A DNA stretch of 64,000 bases from Eledone cirrhosa (GCA_964016885.1 OZ024740.1:165974001-166038000); one strand, 5' to 3'; shown: positions 1 through 16,794, counted from the stretch's first letter. Translations and numbers: made by a program. Notes: generated by a model from the letters alone, not told the origin.

Positions 1-109
1 TGTGTGTGTATGGCTATATATATCTATATATCAATATGAATATATATATAAGTATATATAGATATATGTAGATTTATTTAGCGCCTTTGATCCGTGTATT
101 AATATAACT

Positions 110-205
<96 letters not shown>

Positions 206-2269
206 TAAATGTAATTTACATTTTCAACTTTGAATATTTCACTATGTTCGTGCGTGCGATGTAACTCATACGTGTATAATGCCTTTATCTCTTTTGATGT
301 ATATGATATCAATTTATCATGGTATAACTTTCATCAAGCTATCTTGGTTTTAAAAGAGATTTTGTGTTCGTCCAGGTGCAAGCTTTCACATTTAAAACAT
401 GAATTACTAAAGGGAACATATAGACTACATAAGATTATAGGCTCATGATAAAATATAATACGATGTGTTATAATTACCCCAATGTAAGTCAGACAAAATT
501 CTTCAAAACCTAATGTGCATAAATTTGTTTTCATATTACTGAATGTTTAAATACTTATACATATATGTAAGCCTTGTAAATATGCTCACTATGTTCAGGT
601 GTTTATATTGTTTAGTCATGATAAAAAGATAGCCCCATGACACTCGCAGGCAACGTTGAGCTTGGTGAGATTGATAAGGTTGATGTTTATTTTGAAAATT
701 TGTAAATCGGCGTTTGTGGCAAAAACCGGGTTGGCAAATTGTATTCCAGGGTGTTGCAATATTAGGTACAGTGTTAAGAGCAGTAGTTGATACAGAATAT
801 TGGAAAAAAAACAAGGAGAGAAAGTCATGTCAAATGTATCAGTAGTGGAGTAGGTGTGCAACTAATTAGCACATGAAAGGAGAGATCATTGTAGCAGCGA
901 TATATTTATTATATTGAAGACAGGGTGGGTAGGCTATTGTAGTAGATGTATAATTGGCTGAGAGCAGATGTTTGGTTGTCTGCAAGAGGATTTGATTATA
1001 TTTCGAAAACATTCAGGCGACCTACTTTTACATATGGTCTTGGATCAGTGTGCATATAGCTACACCTCTGTCAAAGATGGAGGAGCAGTGTTCTATTTAG
1101 GATATTATTTGAGATTCTTAGATAATCGGAAGCTGATAAAAAAATGAAGTATACGAGGAGCAATATTCATCTTTTGAGTACATTTTGTGTCACGTTTAAT
1201 ATGTGGGATCACATGGAAAAATCATTTGACTTTATGAATCTGCGTATTTGAATCTAACTTGAGGGTAATAATTTTGTCTTGACAGGGTGAAATAAAACAA
1301 ATGTAACACCCATGTTTAAATACAAACATCTGCAAGATATATTTCTTCTCTAGCAATATATGATGTTGAAATATAGTTAGCTCAACGCTGCATTTATCGC
1401 CTATGGTAATCTGAGGATCAGTGAACAATATTTTTGCATAACCCAAACAAACAAAATTTATATAATAGTTTCTCTTGTGAGAATTTTTATCCAAGAGCGA
1501 AACTTCTGGGATATTAATAATAACAGTGTTCCCAGTGGAAGGTAACATCTTCGAACTACAAATATCACTAACACACACATCCGATCAATAAATGGTATCA
1601 AACGAACGGAATTGTTGACGAATACATACTGAATCGGAAAGAATGGAGTTAAGTTGTCAGACGCGTCCGTGAATGCAATAGTTGGTGATCATAATAATAA
1701 AAAGCGGAAGAGTTGTGACCGAGAAATTCATGAAATTGGCAGTAGTGGCAGTGGGTGTAATTACGATAATGATGATGATCATTATAATGACCGTGATGAT
1801 GATGATGATGATGATAATTACGATCGTGTTAATAATCATGAGTGAACAACATGATTGATATGATTATTGTGATGATCCACATTATCAGAATGCCGAACAC
1901 ATGTCCCACGATTTAAAATATAGAATAAAATAGTGCTGAACTTGTGATAAGGTTATATAAACTATTTAAAGAGTCAGGAAATTTTAAACACTAATGGCTG
2001 TCTCCAACCGAGAAGTAATAATGTAAAAAACAAAACAAAACAACATAAAATATCCTGCGTTGAGTTGACATCATGTTTATTTTACACTTTTTTACTGTTG
2101 GCACATTTGTTTTGTTTTTTTTTGTTTGTTTTTTTTTTTACCGAGGGAGAATATAGGGTGCTGCAATGGGATAGCAATATATTTGGCCCTATTAAATCCT
2201 GGAGAATCGAAATGTTTTCTTTGGTCACATTATCTTCTTCTATTATTAAAGTTTGCCTAAAAACGGTGC

Positions 2270-2712
2270 TTTCGGAGTGTCTTTAGCCCGTCGGATGAAA
2301 TACATTAAGTAATTCATTAATGACTTTTACGTTCTTGTTTAAAATCCCATCGATGTTAACTTTGCCTTTCATCCTTTCGAGTTCGATAAAATAAAAAAAA
2401 AAACAAAAAAAAACACTCTAGTACTTGAGTCAGATTAATCAACATTACTCCCTTCAAATTACTGAATATAGTGCTTAAAATTAAAAGAATTACTAGTTCG
2501 TATGAGGGTGATGTGTTGGCAGAATCGTTAGAGCGTTGGTCAAACAGTCGAATGCTATTTCTTCCATCTTCAGATTCTGAGTTCACATTCCATCGAGGAC
2601 AACTTTGCTTTTCATTTTTGCGGGGTCGATAAAATTATGTATGAGGTATCGATGTAATTGATTTCCACACCCCGAACATTGTTGGTCTTGTTTCTCAATT
2701 AGGAAAGATTAT
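2270..2712 (+). mobile_element. Two diverged family A SINEs
   Basis: Core ctttgcctttcatcctttcgagttcgataaaata at ~2360 and ctttgcttttcatttttgcggggtcgataaaat at ~2603. Confidence 0.7.
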
Positions 2713-4509
2713 TAAATGTTGCGTTTAAAGGAATTACTGGTAAATAGCATGTATGGAGAACAAAGAATGTCTATCAGAATAGGAGATTGCTGTCACTCCT
2801 GGACTTGTAAATTATAATTTTATTTTATTATCACGAAAATATTGTTGCTTTTATTTATCTCACCAAAGTTAACTCATATAATACATAATATATCATATAT
2901 TTAACGTTAAGATAATTTCTTTACTATTAGATAGGGATTTGGTCTGATTACGACTCATTTCCATGAACCAGTTTCTACTAATTAAGAACTATTGGGGACG
3001 AAAACTGATAAAATAAACTGGACCAAGTATTGTTATGGAAGAAATGTTAGAAATCTTGTCGCATTGATTTATTTCAGCAGCGAAGGCACTGGAGTTCCAA
3101 ATGTAACAATGCCTGCTGCTGTGAAAATATAAAATTGCATGGAGCACTTGAACATTCTTTTTGAATTTGTTCAGCTCTTTTTTTATCCGATCTAAACGCT
3201 TATTAAAGACGCCAGCTGGCATATTTTCAGAGACATGTAATTAGTTAAAGAGACAACACAGTAATACAGCACTGTTCAGTAAGATAATGCCCGATGCATT
3301 ACAAATAGAGAAGAGAAGTGAAAACAAGTTTAACAGCCTTTTTTGACATTTTTCTAATAGAAAGGCAACTAGACTCGTTTACCTGCTTCTCCCTTTCGAC
3401 TGCTCTTAATTAAAATTCTTAACCAGCGCATATATAGCAGAGGAGTTTTAGATGAATAATCTATTTTAAGGAATTCTCAAGGGTAAAGGGAATGGAATAT
3501 TTTAGAAGAAAAGAAAGTAAAATTGTTTAGAATCGAATTTAATTTCTCTGCTTCAATGCAGGAAAGTAATTTTTTTTATATGTGAAGGAGTTGTTTATAG
3601 CAGAAAAATAAAAATAATGGAAAATAAGTAATAAACATATAAATATTTAGACAATAAAATATCAGAGGGGAAAGAATTAACACAAAAGTTCAATGGAGTG
3701 GAGAATTACAGCAACTTTTGAAATAATTAATTCTCAATTATAGTTGAAAGTTTAACCTGGAAGTAGAAAATGAAAGAAGTTTTTATTCTGTGTAAAATAT
3801 TTTGAATGTCTGTCTCAGTAGGTGTGGTTTTATATTGCATCTAAAATGTGCGTTTCGTGTTTATGCATATATGGATGTATGCATACATATGCATCTACTG
3901 AAACACACACACATATATATGTGCTTGTGTAGATGTAATTGGCTTACATTTTTCCATATCTGTAAGTCCTTTTCGATGAGTAAGACGCAAAATAGATAGG
4001 ATGCTGTCGCTGGTTGATTAAAAATAAAGTATGTATACTTGTCTTTTACAAATGTGTAGCCCATAATGCCAAGCTGCAAAATCGTTGCAGTTTAAAAGGA
4101 TCATTGCCTAAGTTCGGTTTCTGGTAGACTAAAACTTCCTTAAAAGTCTTTGTTTTTTCCCCCAACTTTGTTTGGAACAAGCAGATCTATGATCAATGTT
4201 ATTTAACCGTGGTCAACCTGTCTTTTTTCTTTCATTGTCTGCGCCACTATGTTTTATCCAGTGTGTTCTATAGGAGGTTGATTTACTTATATGTCCAGTG
4301 GATCGATTGACTACGTAGTATCCCCATCCCCCATGTTGGCTCCCTAATTGTGAACATATATACAACTGACTACGCTACATTCCAACTTAAATCACATGGG
4401 ATGAGTATGATCTACTAATATAATTGCTAAAGCAACGTCGTGCGCGCGCGCGCGCGTGTGTCTGTGGGTTGTTTCTCTTACATTACCCATTTTACTGTTT
4501 TTATTTCAG

Positions 4510-4673
4510 GATATTTAACACGGATAAAAATGAAAGAATAAAAATAATGGAAGATGAAAGTCGTTTGAAATTATCCCAAGTGACTGCGACTGAAAATGGA
4601 ATTTACTCATGTCGTGCAGAAAACATTGCAGGTGCCAGAGATGCGAAGAAGAAGTTTTTGTTGAATGTTGAAG
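4510..4673 (+). CDS. PTK7: Internal coding exon: C-terminal half of an Ig domain of a PTK7/off-track-like cell-surface receptor
   Basis: Acceptor ttttatttcAG| at 4509, donor AAG|GTAAAT at 4674. Translates (R)IFNTDKNERIKIMEDESRLKLSQVTATENGIYSCRAENIAGARDAKKKFLLNVE with the Ig G-x-Y-x-C-x-A-x-N motif; ends phase 1. PTK7 identity rests on remembered similarity to vertebrate PTK7 Ig2-Ig3, not a search. Confidence 0.75.
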
Positions 4674-5994
4674 GTAAATGAGCTTCATTAATTTAATGTT
4701 AGATAAATAACATTAATTAAATATTGATTGTTGCATTGAAAGAGATTTAATTTAAAATAGATGTAATAAATTCATACCGCATTTTGAACAGTCAAATAAT
4801 CATTTCATAACAGAAAATTTATTGAAAAAAAGCTTAAATTTAAATTACTATATTATCGTCTTCGATGGACAGTAAGACACTGTCAACTCACTAAGAGATA
4901 CAGTACTTAATTTATCGTCAACTAGAAATATACATAGTTCCATCTATGCTAGTAAATATATTGTCCAACATAATAGACTTCATAGATACGAGAAACCAAT
5001 ATTAAGGATACTGGAAACATGGTAGTTGAGTTGGCAGTAACTGATTTATAAGTTTTACAGTATCTACTAGTTTGGGTATATTTTACATTATTTACGTAGT
5101 TAGGTTTTAGGCTGTCATTCTCTTCATGTTTCCTTTTATTGTCTGAATTCCCAAGATACATCTATATCCCATCTTTACCTTAGGCATCTAATACTCTCGA
5201 TCACTATTACAATGTTACCAGCATAGGGATACTAACATTATTAATTAAAACATTATTGACCGGTCTATTCTGCGATAGATGTGCTGTTGACCATTGTAAT
5301 GGAATATGACTGTCGTATTAGAATAACTCAAGGGAAACTATAATTAAGTTAACTATACATCTCCTTTATAAAACTTGACCACATGTTTAGGATGGAAATC
5401 ATATTAGATGACTCACCATCAATTCTTTGTTATATGAAACTACCTTGATTCAGTAGAACGTTAGTAATCTGATGAAGAAACCCTTCTTCCATGTCTGTTT
5501 CCACAACTCAATCCACCGCATTGCTGCTTCTTCAAATTACCTCTTTCAATCGAAGCATTCAGCTAACAGTTTTACATTTACTCTCCACTAAGTCAATCTC
5601 GTTGCATTCCGTCCCGTTTATTTCTAGGCCATTCATCAAACGTACACAAACCTATCAATTCAAGGAACAAGCCGTTATTTGTATATATATATTCGCGTAA
5701 GCTTTACATTGCATCCCAAGGATACTATTTCTAAAACTTTTACGATATTTTCCTTGTGAGGAGAATGACTGTCATATGAAAGAAAAGAAAATGGGGGGAA
5801 ATGGGGGAAAGTTACGAAGGTGCCGCGAGACAGATTATTTCAGTTTATTTCAGTTCCCTTTCAAACAGTTTCGATATACATCGTGAAAATTTGTTACGGA
5901 AACTAGTGAGAGACATTTTTACCAAGTTAAAATGCCCCCTTGTATATCTAATGGATTTATATATGTCTTCATCATAATATATATATATATATAT

Positions 5995-6628
5995 ATCGTC
6001 GGCATCCGTCCGTCTTCGTAAGACGATGGATCAGCTCCGCGTGGGACTCAGCGGTTGCACTTGCGTGAGTGGCTGAACAACCTCAGTGGAGCCACGTGGC
6101 CTGGACAGGTACGTTCAAGAGGGCAAGCTGTTGTCCAGGCAACATACCCCTCCCCCTCCATGCGGCTGATGTCCCCAAGGGAACGATGGATGTTGATACA
6201 TCTTGGCATCAGCGGCGTCGCAGGAGTTGCCGGAATGGCCTTTGGATGTCAGACCGCCTTCGGGACTCCGGCTCCTTATTTTATGTCGGGGTTTACTCGC
6301 TTAGCCTTTCCCAAGAGTGGGTGTACCCCAAGGCTGCGGTGATTTTAAAATCAGGGTTCTCCTTCCCCTAGGTGAGCTACCAACCATGATTGACGAGTCC
6401 CATCTGCCCGAAACAACTGGTTATTGTAAGGCGCCAGTAACTCGCCTTTCGTCCCTTCTAACTGTCGGTTTGAAACAGGACCGCCGGGTTTAGACACTAA
6501 GCCACGCGAGAAGGCCAGGAGCTGGAATAGGTTGTCAGAGGCGATGAGAGACGCTCACCGTATGGGGCATTTTTTAGGAAGCAGAAGCTTATCCCCACTA
6601 CCATCCCGGCATTTCAACCCATTTGGAC

Positions 6629-6630
<2 letters not shown>
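5995..6630 (-). mobile_element. Non-autonomous, internally deleted RTE-like element
   Basis: GC-rich 635 bp insert in (TA)n. The - strand ends tccatcgtcttacgaagacggacggatgccgacgat (RTE-type 3' hairpin end) and the body resembles RTE 5'UTRs (from memory). No RT coding sequence. Confidence 0.6.
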
Positions 6631-6688
<58 letters not shown>

Positions 6689-6952
6689 TTCAATGGTTAT
6701 ATCATTGACTGTCACCATGTAACATCATCAGATGTTCATCCAATTATGAGGTGTAGTTATGCAACTATGCAGATAATGTATTACTAACTGGGTGTGATAT
6801 GAGAGAACATATGAGATACTGAGAAAGATCCTTTAATGCTATTGTTGACTCACACACACACACACACACAAACACATCTCTCTCTCTATATTTATATACA
6901 CATAAATATATATATATATACGTAAATATATATATATATGTATATACATAAA

Positions 6953-7016
<64 letters not shown>

Positions 7017-7171
7017 TAGAAGTCGTATTTAATTTGTTGGAAGTCCGACAAACATAAATGTGTATAACTGATTTATAGCACTCAACAGTTTACTGGAGTA
7101 AATATTCAATGATATTGAATGAATGAAAACTATATTTATAAAACTATATTTATTTTATTATATATATTTCA

Positions 7172-7360
7172 AGGGCGGTGGATTGGCAGTATCGGTGGAG
7201 GGTCCGACGCCATGCTTTCCAGCATAGTTACGTCCCTTTACGATCTCAGTTCAAATCCCGCTGAGGTTGACTTTGCCTTTCATCCTTACGGAGTCGATAA
7301 AATATAGTACCAGTAATGCACTTGGTAAGTGCTGGCCTTGTGCCTAAAGTAGAAACAATT
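7172..7360 (+). mobile_element. Family A SINE with target-site duplication
   Basis: Full head-core-tail copy flanked by direct repeat attatatatatttcaagggc (7157-7176 and 7358-7377). Confidence 0.88.
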
Positions 7361-7449
7361 ATATATATTTCAAGGGCAACCAAGACAACATTGGTACGCT
7401 TTCATCAGATAAAATACAAAGTTTGTTTTATAAATAGAGACGTACCCAT

Positions 7450-8012
7450 GGAAATCATACCTTACCGATGTCACCAGAATATCTTCAACACTGCCAAAGC
7501 AAACCTACCGCTCAAAGTAATGAATTAAAAGGTTTAATCACAGACCGAGCTTTGATTGTTAGTAAAAGACAGCCGAAAAATTTGAAGCAATTACTAACAA
7601 AGGCAAAGTTAGACCTTAACAACAGAGACCAATCATTCACTGTATCTAAATGCAATGATAGTCGATTTGGCACATGACAGTTCATACATACTGGTCAATA
7701 TATGAGCACAAAAACTGGAAAAATATTCCCAAATGCAAATATGAACTGCAAAAGCAGAAATCTAATTTACTGCTTTAAATGCCCGAAATGTGAAGAACTA
7801 TATGTCGGTGAAACTGGAATTGCACTATCGGAATGTGCACGGGTGCACCGACAGCAAATCAGAGACCCCTGAGTAACCATCTAGCAACATGTGGTCAATA
7901 AATATTTATAATATTTCTATTCCACGAACTACACAGGCCAAGTGAAATCAAGAGAAAAATTAAAGAAAAGAATGTTATTGATAAATTCTAACCCAAGCTA
8001 AATGAACAATAA
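7450..8012 (+). pseudogene. Penelope-like element C-terminal fragment (linker + GIY-YIG endonuclease)
   Basis: Reads IVSKRQPKNLKQLLTKAKL..KCNDSR..*..MNCKSRNLIYCFKCPKCEELYVGETGIALSECARVHRQQIRDP*..KEKNVIDKF*PKLN, i.e. LIY-CxxC-YVGET GIY-YIG motif with stops. Confidence 0.85.
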
Positions 8013-8014
8013 TA

Positions 8015-8195
8015 ATTGTTTCTACTTTAGGCACAAGGCCAGCAATTAACAGTGCATTACTGGTACTTTATTTTATTGACCCTGTAAGAATGAAAGGCAA
8101 AGTCAGCCTCGGCGGGATTTGAACTCAGATCGTAAAGGGACGTAACTATGCTGGAAATCATGGCGTCCGACTCTCTACCGATACTGCCAATCCAA
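8015..8195 (-). mobile_element. Family A SINE
   Basis: Reverse complement of the same head/core/tail, with AAT-rich ends. Confidence 0.85.
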
Positions 8196-8707
8196 TAATA
8201 ATGCTTAGGGGTATTACTTCTACTAAGACTACGCCTATGACCATGTCGACTACCACCACTAACAACAACAACATTTATACTAATAAAAGTGATGTTGATG
8301 TTGTTGATTACTGAAGATTTTCATCATTTCTAAAAATAGCAAAACAATTGATGCTTCGGATAAGGTCAAATAGAAGTCGTTAGACATGCTCAATCAACCG
8401 TGACGCCTAAACCAATCAGCTTTAGTAATCTAGTGAAACCACACACCCATTGGTTGAAATACAGTTTGCAAAACTTAGCATTCTATAGCCCCTTTTTACT
8501 GTATATAAGGTACAGATTTTAGCCATCTCATTACAGTTGAAAATTGCAAACTTGATTGTCACCACTGAATATCAAATTGAAGATTGCGAAAGCATGAAAT
8601 TACTTGTTCAATTAACATTTAATATTCTACCATACTATTTCATTATAATATCACTATAGTTTTAAAGGATGGTAAATTGAACGAGTAATTCAGACAAAGT
8701 TGGAATT

Positions 8708-11933
<3,226 letters not shown>

Positions 11934-12160
11934 CTTTTAACGATCGACTTATTTTTTTGTCAAATCGGACCGAGGGAACAATGTTTCCGTTGGTCTTTCC
12001 AATTGCTAATACTATCTATCGGTCGCAACTCCAGGTAGAAGGAGCAACGTGAAATAAAGTGTCTTGCTCAAGGACATAACGCATCGCCTGGTCCAGGAAT
12101 CGAACTCACAACCTTACGATTGCGAATACAATTCTCTAACCACTCAGCCACACGCCTTCA
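11934..12160 (-). mobile_element. tRNA-derived SINE of a second family (CORE/V-like body)
   Basis: Reverse complement reads A box TGGCTGAGTGG, B box GTTCGATTCC, then tgtccttgagcaagacactttatttcacgttgctcc. Confidence 0.75.
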
Positions 12161-12493
12161 TATATATATATATATATGGATTTTTAAGGTTTAAACTTAT
12201 CTACGGAACAGGTTTGATTTCGAAATTTAAATTTGTCTAAGTACCACGGCTATTTGCCAATATGGTTTGTTTTTATTGATTTATTATTTTAAATCGAGAC
12301 AGGCAAACTGTATTATTATAATTAGTATTTTTCAATCTAGCTAACTTAGTCATTTACAATACAAACACTGATATGTTGGTATCTGTGTTTATCATATATA
12401 TTAATTTATATTATCTTGTATTACACGGCTCAGAAATACTTCTTTCTTTGAGCTATTTCATCGTAAACGACTGCCTGAGTTTTGAACTCTTTA

Positions 12494-12562
<69 letters not shown>

Positions 12563-12566
<4 letters not shown>

Positions 12567-12796
12567 TTATTTAAATAACAGATTAAAGTTTACGCAAAGA
12601 ATCGCTGCTTTCACCCTTAACAGGATCTTCTGAAACTGAGTTTCAGAAGATCCCGTTAAGGGTGAAAGCCACGATTCTTTGCTTAAACTTTAATCTGTTA
12701 TTTTAATAAATATTTGCTCTACGGTTCTTATATATTTGATATATATTTATCCTTATCGAGCCCTCTTTGGATTTTAGTCTTCAAATTTATTATTAT

Positions 12797-12802
<6 letters not shown>
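12563..12802. repeat. Family D small repeat in (TA)n with long inverted repeat (terminus also at 52955-53040 and 57264-57308)
   Basis: Terminal block gccctctttggattttagtcttcaaatttattattattactata recurs; palindrome centred at 12638. Confidence 0.75.
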
Positions 12803-12858
<56 letters not shown>

Positions 12859-13744
12859 ATAATAATAATCTTTAATCTGTTATTTTAATAAATATATATA
12901 TAAATATATATATATTGATATCGTGTGGCTAGGTTTACCTACCGCAATTTTCAATTTGTCAAGCTGTCTAAACGTATGTTATTAATCTGAGGCCTGCAAC
13001 CTTATTGATTGTTTTACTGCTCATTCCTAATTGTAGCTTGTTAGCTTGGCCGCAGCCAAAGCTTCGATTTTACTAAGCTTCCACTTGTATATACATATAT
13101 ATATAACGAAGGAAATGTGGTAAGGAACCAGATGGACCATAACGCACTAATTCTGAGAATTATCCGTCGAAACGGCTTGAGCTCAGCCTTCGGGGTCCTA
13201 CTCGTTCCTATATAGATATATATGCACACACAAACACACACACATATATACTTATACACACATGAAATGAATATGCACAAGCAAACTGTAACTAAGTATT
13301 TATAAAATGTTCATATGTGCATCCATATGTTTACATATGGAAATATAAATATTTACACCCACACACACCTGTGTTTCTATGTGGGTGTATACATATATGA
13401 GTAGACACCAAATTTTTAGGCAGAAAGACCAAGAGCATTGCTCTAATTTTCTTCAATTCTACCCGACCAATCAGATGTGGAGAGAAAAACGCTGTCAGGC
13501 ATTGAATTGTAGATTGAGATTTCCCGTCTTCTTGCGTTAATCTCGCATACCAAAGGGACTTCCTTTAATCTTCAAAAGACGAATTAAAATCTATTTTGTT
13601 CGCGTGAATGCTTTCTAATAACCTTTCTCTCACAAAACCATCGTCATTACCATGAATGGTAATTTCGATATTGTTGTGATTATTATTATGATTATAATTA
13701 TGATTATTATTATCATTATTGATTTGTTGCTTATTTTTGTTGGT

Positions 13745-13925
13745 GTTAGGTGGGGAATTCGTAGTATCAGTAGATCATCGTACGACATGCGTTGTGGCAT
13801 ATAGTTATGTCCCTTGACGTTTTGAGTTCAAACTCCACCGAAGTTAGCTTTGCCTTTCATCCTTAAGGCGTCGATAACATATGGTACCAGTAACGCACTT
13901 AGGTTGATTTAATCGACTTTCCTTT
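13745..13925 (+). mobile_element. Family A SINE (diverged)
   Basis: gagttcaaactcc...ctttgcctttcatccttaaggcgtcgataacatatggtaccag. Confidence 0.75.
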
Positions 13926-14402
13926 CCCTAAAAGCCATTACTATTGTTGTTGTTATGTATGTACACACATGGAATATATTTGCATACACAGATGTATGCA
14001 AATATATATATATATATATATATATACACACGCGCGCATACATACACACGCACGCGCACACATACATACATACATACATACATACATACATACATACATA
14101 CATACATACATACATACATACATGCATGCATGTAAAAGGATATATATTCTATTAGTGCTATTTATATAAGTAATTATTTATTTGTCCAGTGGCTGGAGGA
14201 CTGAAATCTTTTTCAGAATTAACATCAAATGGGTTTTGTACAACTAATGTTAGACTAAACAACTGGTATACACACAGAATCACACAGACATACAGAAGTT
14301 CATATTAGCACGGACGTAGGCATTACATTAGAAGATTTAGTGAATGAGTCACAGAGAAATACAGACTGAGAGAATGGAGGAAGAGAGAGAAGGGGTAGAT
14401 AA

Positions 14403-14404
<2 letters not shown>

Positions 14405-14470
<66 letters not shown>
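14405..14470. repeat. (GA)n microsatellite
   Basis: Seen directly. Confidence 0.95.
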
Positions 14471-14472
<2 letters not shown>

Positions 14473-14977
14473 ACTGGAAAAGTTAGCAAGGCTCTGGTAC
14501 GAAGTAAATCATTTTTCATGGGATTAGATTCAACAGCATTCGAATAGCTGAGTGGATTAGGCGTTTTGGATGCATGTTCGCCTAGAGTTGACAGTCTCAA
14601 GGCAGATTTTTTTTGCTATAAAATATGATCTGATATGTTGGGTCTAGAAGAATATAGAGCTCGAAAAACGTGGACAGCGTCGCCTGTTAGACAAGAACTC
14701 ATACCTGTTTCTATAACGGATGATATGGTACTAATCACACCAAAGTGGACTGACAATTTATTTCTATACTTTACACCATCTCTATCGGCCAGTAGTTAGA
14801 CATTCGAATTTCTGGAGGTTTTGAACTAATTATGCTTCATCGCCGGTTTTTATTATCAAAAATTGTCCAACGATTTGAGCATATGAGCCCCTAGAGACGG
14901 GAAAATGTGGACTTTGAGACTTTGATAGTAAAAATCCTGTGATAAAGATGTTCACTTTAAGCTAACAGATACACACA

Positions 14978-15027
<50 letters not shown>

Positions 15028-15092
15028 ATAAAGTTTATATCTCAGTAAATAAATACACACACACACACACACACACACGTATATATGTAATT

Positions 15093-15143
<51 letters not shown>

Positions 15144-15517
15144 CATATGGTTTGCATTTGTATGTGAAGTAAAATTGTAGAATTACAATTGGCAGAATAG
15201 ATTATTCGCGGGATTTGTGATAGAGATGTTAATTTACTTCAAATGTAATGTAAAGGATTTAACCGTCGGTAAAAGGAATCATACTTATGACTTAGATTTA
15301 CAACTAAAACTTAAAAGACTTGAAACTATATTCAGTTTCTTAGCCTAATCAGCACTATCATATAGGCTATATTTTCACACAACACGCATTACTTGTGCCT
15401 AAGCTATTAGCGCGTAACTAAAGTCACAGATGTGTGAATAGGCATCGGCATACATGTATTTCTCTACATTACACACACACACACACACATACACGCACAC
15501 GCACACACACACACACA

Positions 15518-15584
<67 letters not shown>

Positions 15585-15706
15585 TAGGATTGGTGCTCTG
15601 AAATAGCGATGTATACATGAATGTATGCATAGTATATTTGATAATATAGCGTATGTTTAATTAAATACATTTTGAAGACATTGCGCTATCATTTTAAAGT
15701 AGCGAA

Positions 15707-15767
15707 GGGAGAGAAGCTGACAGATTCTGTTTCACACTGCTGGTGTTCCTCAGAGCAACGTACTCCC
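15707..15767 (-). ncRNA. Canonical type I hammerhead ribozyme
   Basis: gggag-tacgtt-gct CUGAGGA acac-cagca-gtgt GAA acag-aat-ctgt C/agc-ttct-ctccc. Intact core, GUC cleavage triplet, three stems and an internal loop in stem I. Confidence 0.85.
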
Positions 15768-16066
15768 CGACCTCTGCCTAAAATTATAGAGGCTGGATTC
15801 TTATACAATTCCAGTAATAATCAGGAACTGATTATACAGAGCGATTGCCGGTCCAGCAAAAATTAAGATTAGGGTAGTAGAGTGGGTAATAGGAAAGGAG
15901 CCAGGACGCCATCGGGGCCCTCATTCCATTCCTATATATATAAGCAAAGAGATATTTAATTTGTTGGTAATTCAACAAATTTATTTAAAACAGATTCGAA
16001 GCAGGTTACCTGGAGTATAATATCAATGATATTAATAAATGGAAACTATATTTATAAAACTATATT

Positions 16067-16127
16067 TATTTTATTATATATATTTCAAGGGTACCAAAAC
16101 TTTGGTACGCTCTCATCAGATAAAATA
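16067..16127 (-). ncRNA. Penelope-type hammerhead ribozyme with palindromic stem III
   Basis: tattttat CUGAUGA gagcgtaccaaagttttggtaccctt GAAA tatata UA/ataaaata. Lies in a repeat (15950-16180) also present at 7017-7447. Confidence 0.8.
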
Positions 16128-16459
16128 CAAAATTTGTTTCATAAATATTGACATACCCCAGAAACCAGACCATATCGGTTTAGATTCCCTTTGGAGGGAA
16201 TGCACATAATATAAACAGAAATGTATATATATATATATATATATATATCTTCATAAACTGCCAATGTTTTATTTTTATTTTTATTTATTTTTATTTTAAT
16301 CTTAACTTTAATTTTGTCCTTTAATATGAATGTATGTAAATTGCCATATTATTATATTATTATGATGGATGTCAACCCACTGTGGGTCAATATATACATA
16401 TGTTTTTATATGTCTCTTGTGTTGGAAAGGAGGTCAAGTATGTAAAAATGACTAAATAG

Positions 16460-16508
16460 TTGCTCCGAAGAATCCAAACCTCGGTTTGGAGGAAACAATT
16501 GTAAGCAA
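16460..16508 (+). ncRNA. Penelope-type hammerhead motif with U4C core variant
   Basis: ttgct CCGAAGA a-tccaaacc-tc-ggtttgga-g GAAA caattg UA/agcaa, followed by AATAAA. Confidence 0.7.
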
Positions 16509-16619
16509 ATAAATGATTTAAACTGAACTTTGATTCATGTAATTTCTACATATACACACATATATATATATATACACACATTTGTGTTTATGTATGGGCC
16601 GTATTATGTGCATTCCCTC

Positions 16620-16794
<175 letters not shown>

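Noticed and set aside
6675-6737. - strand CUGAUGA...GAAA motif
   Set aside because: Stems I and II are out of register; possibly a decayed hammerhead but not supportable.
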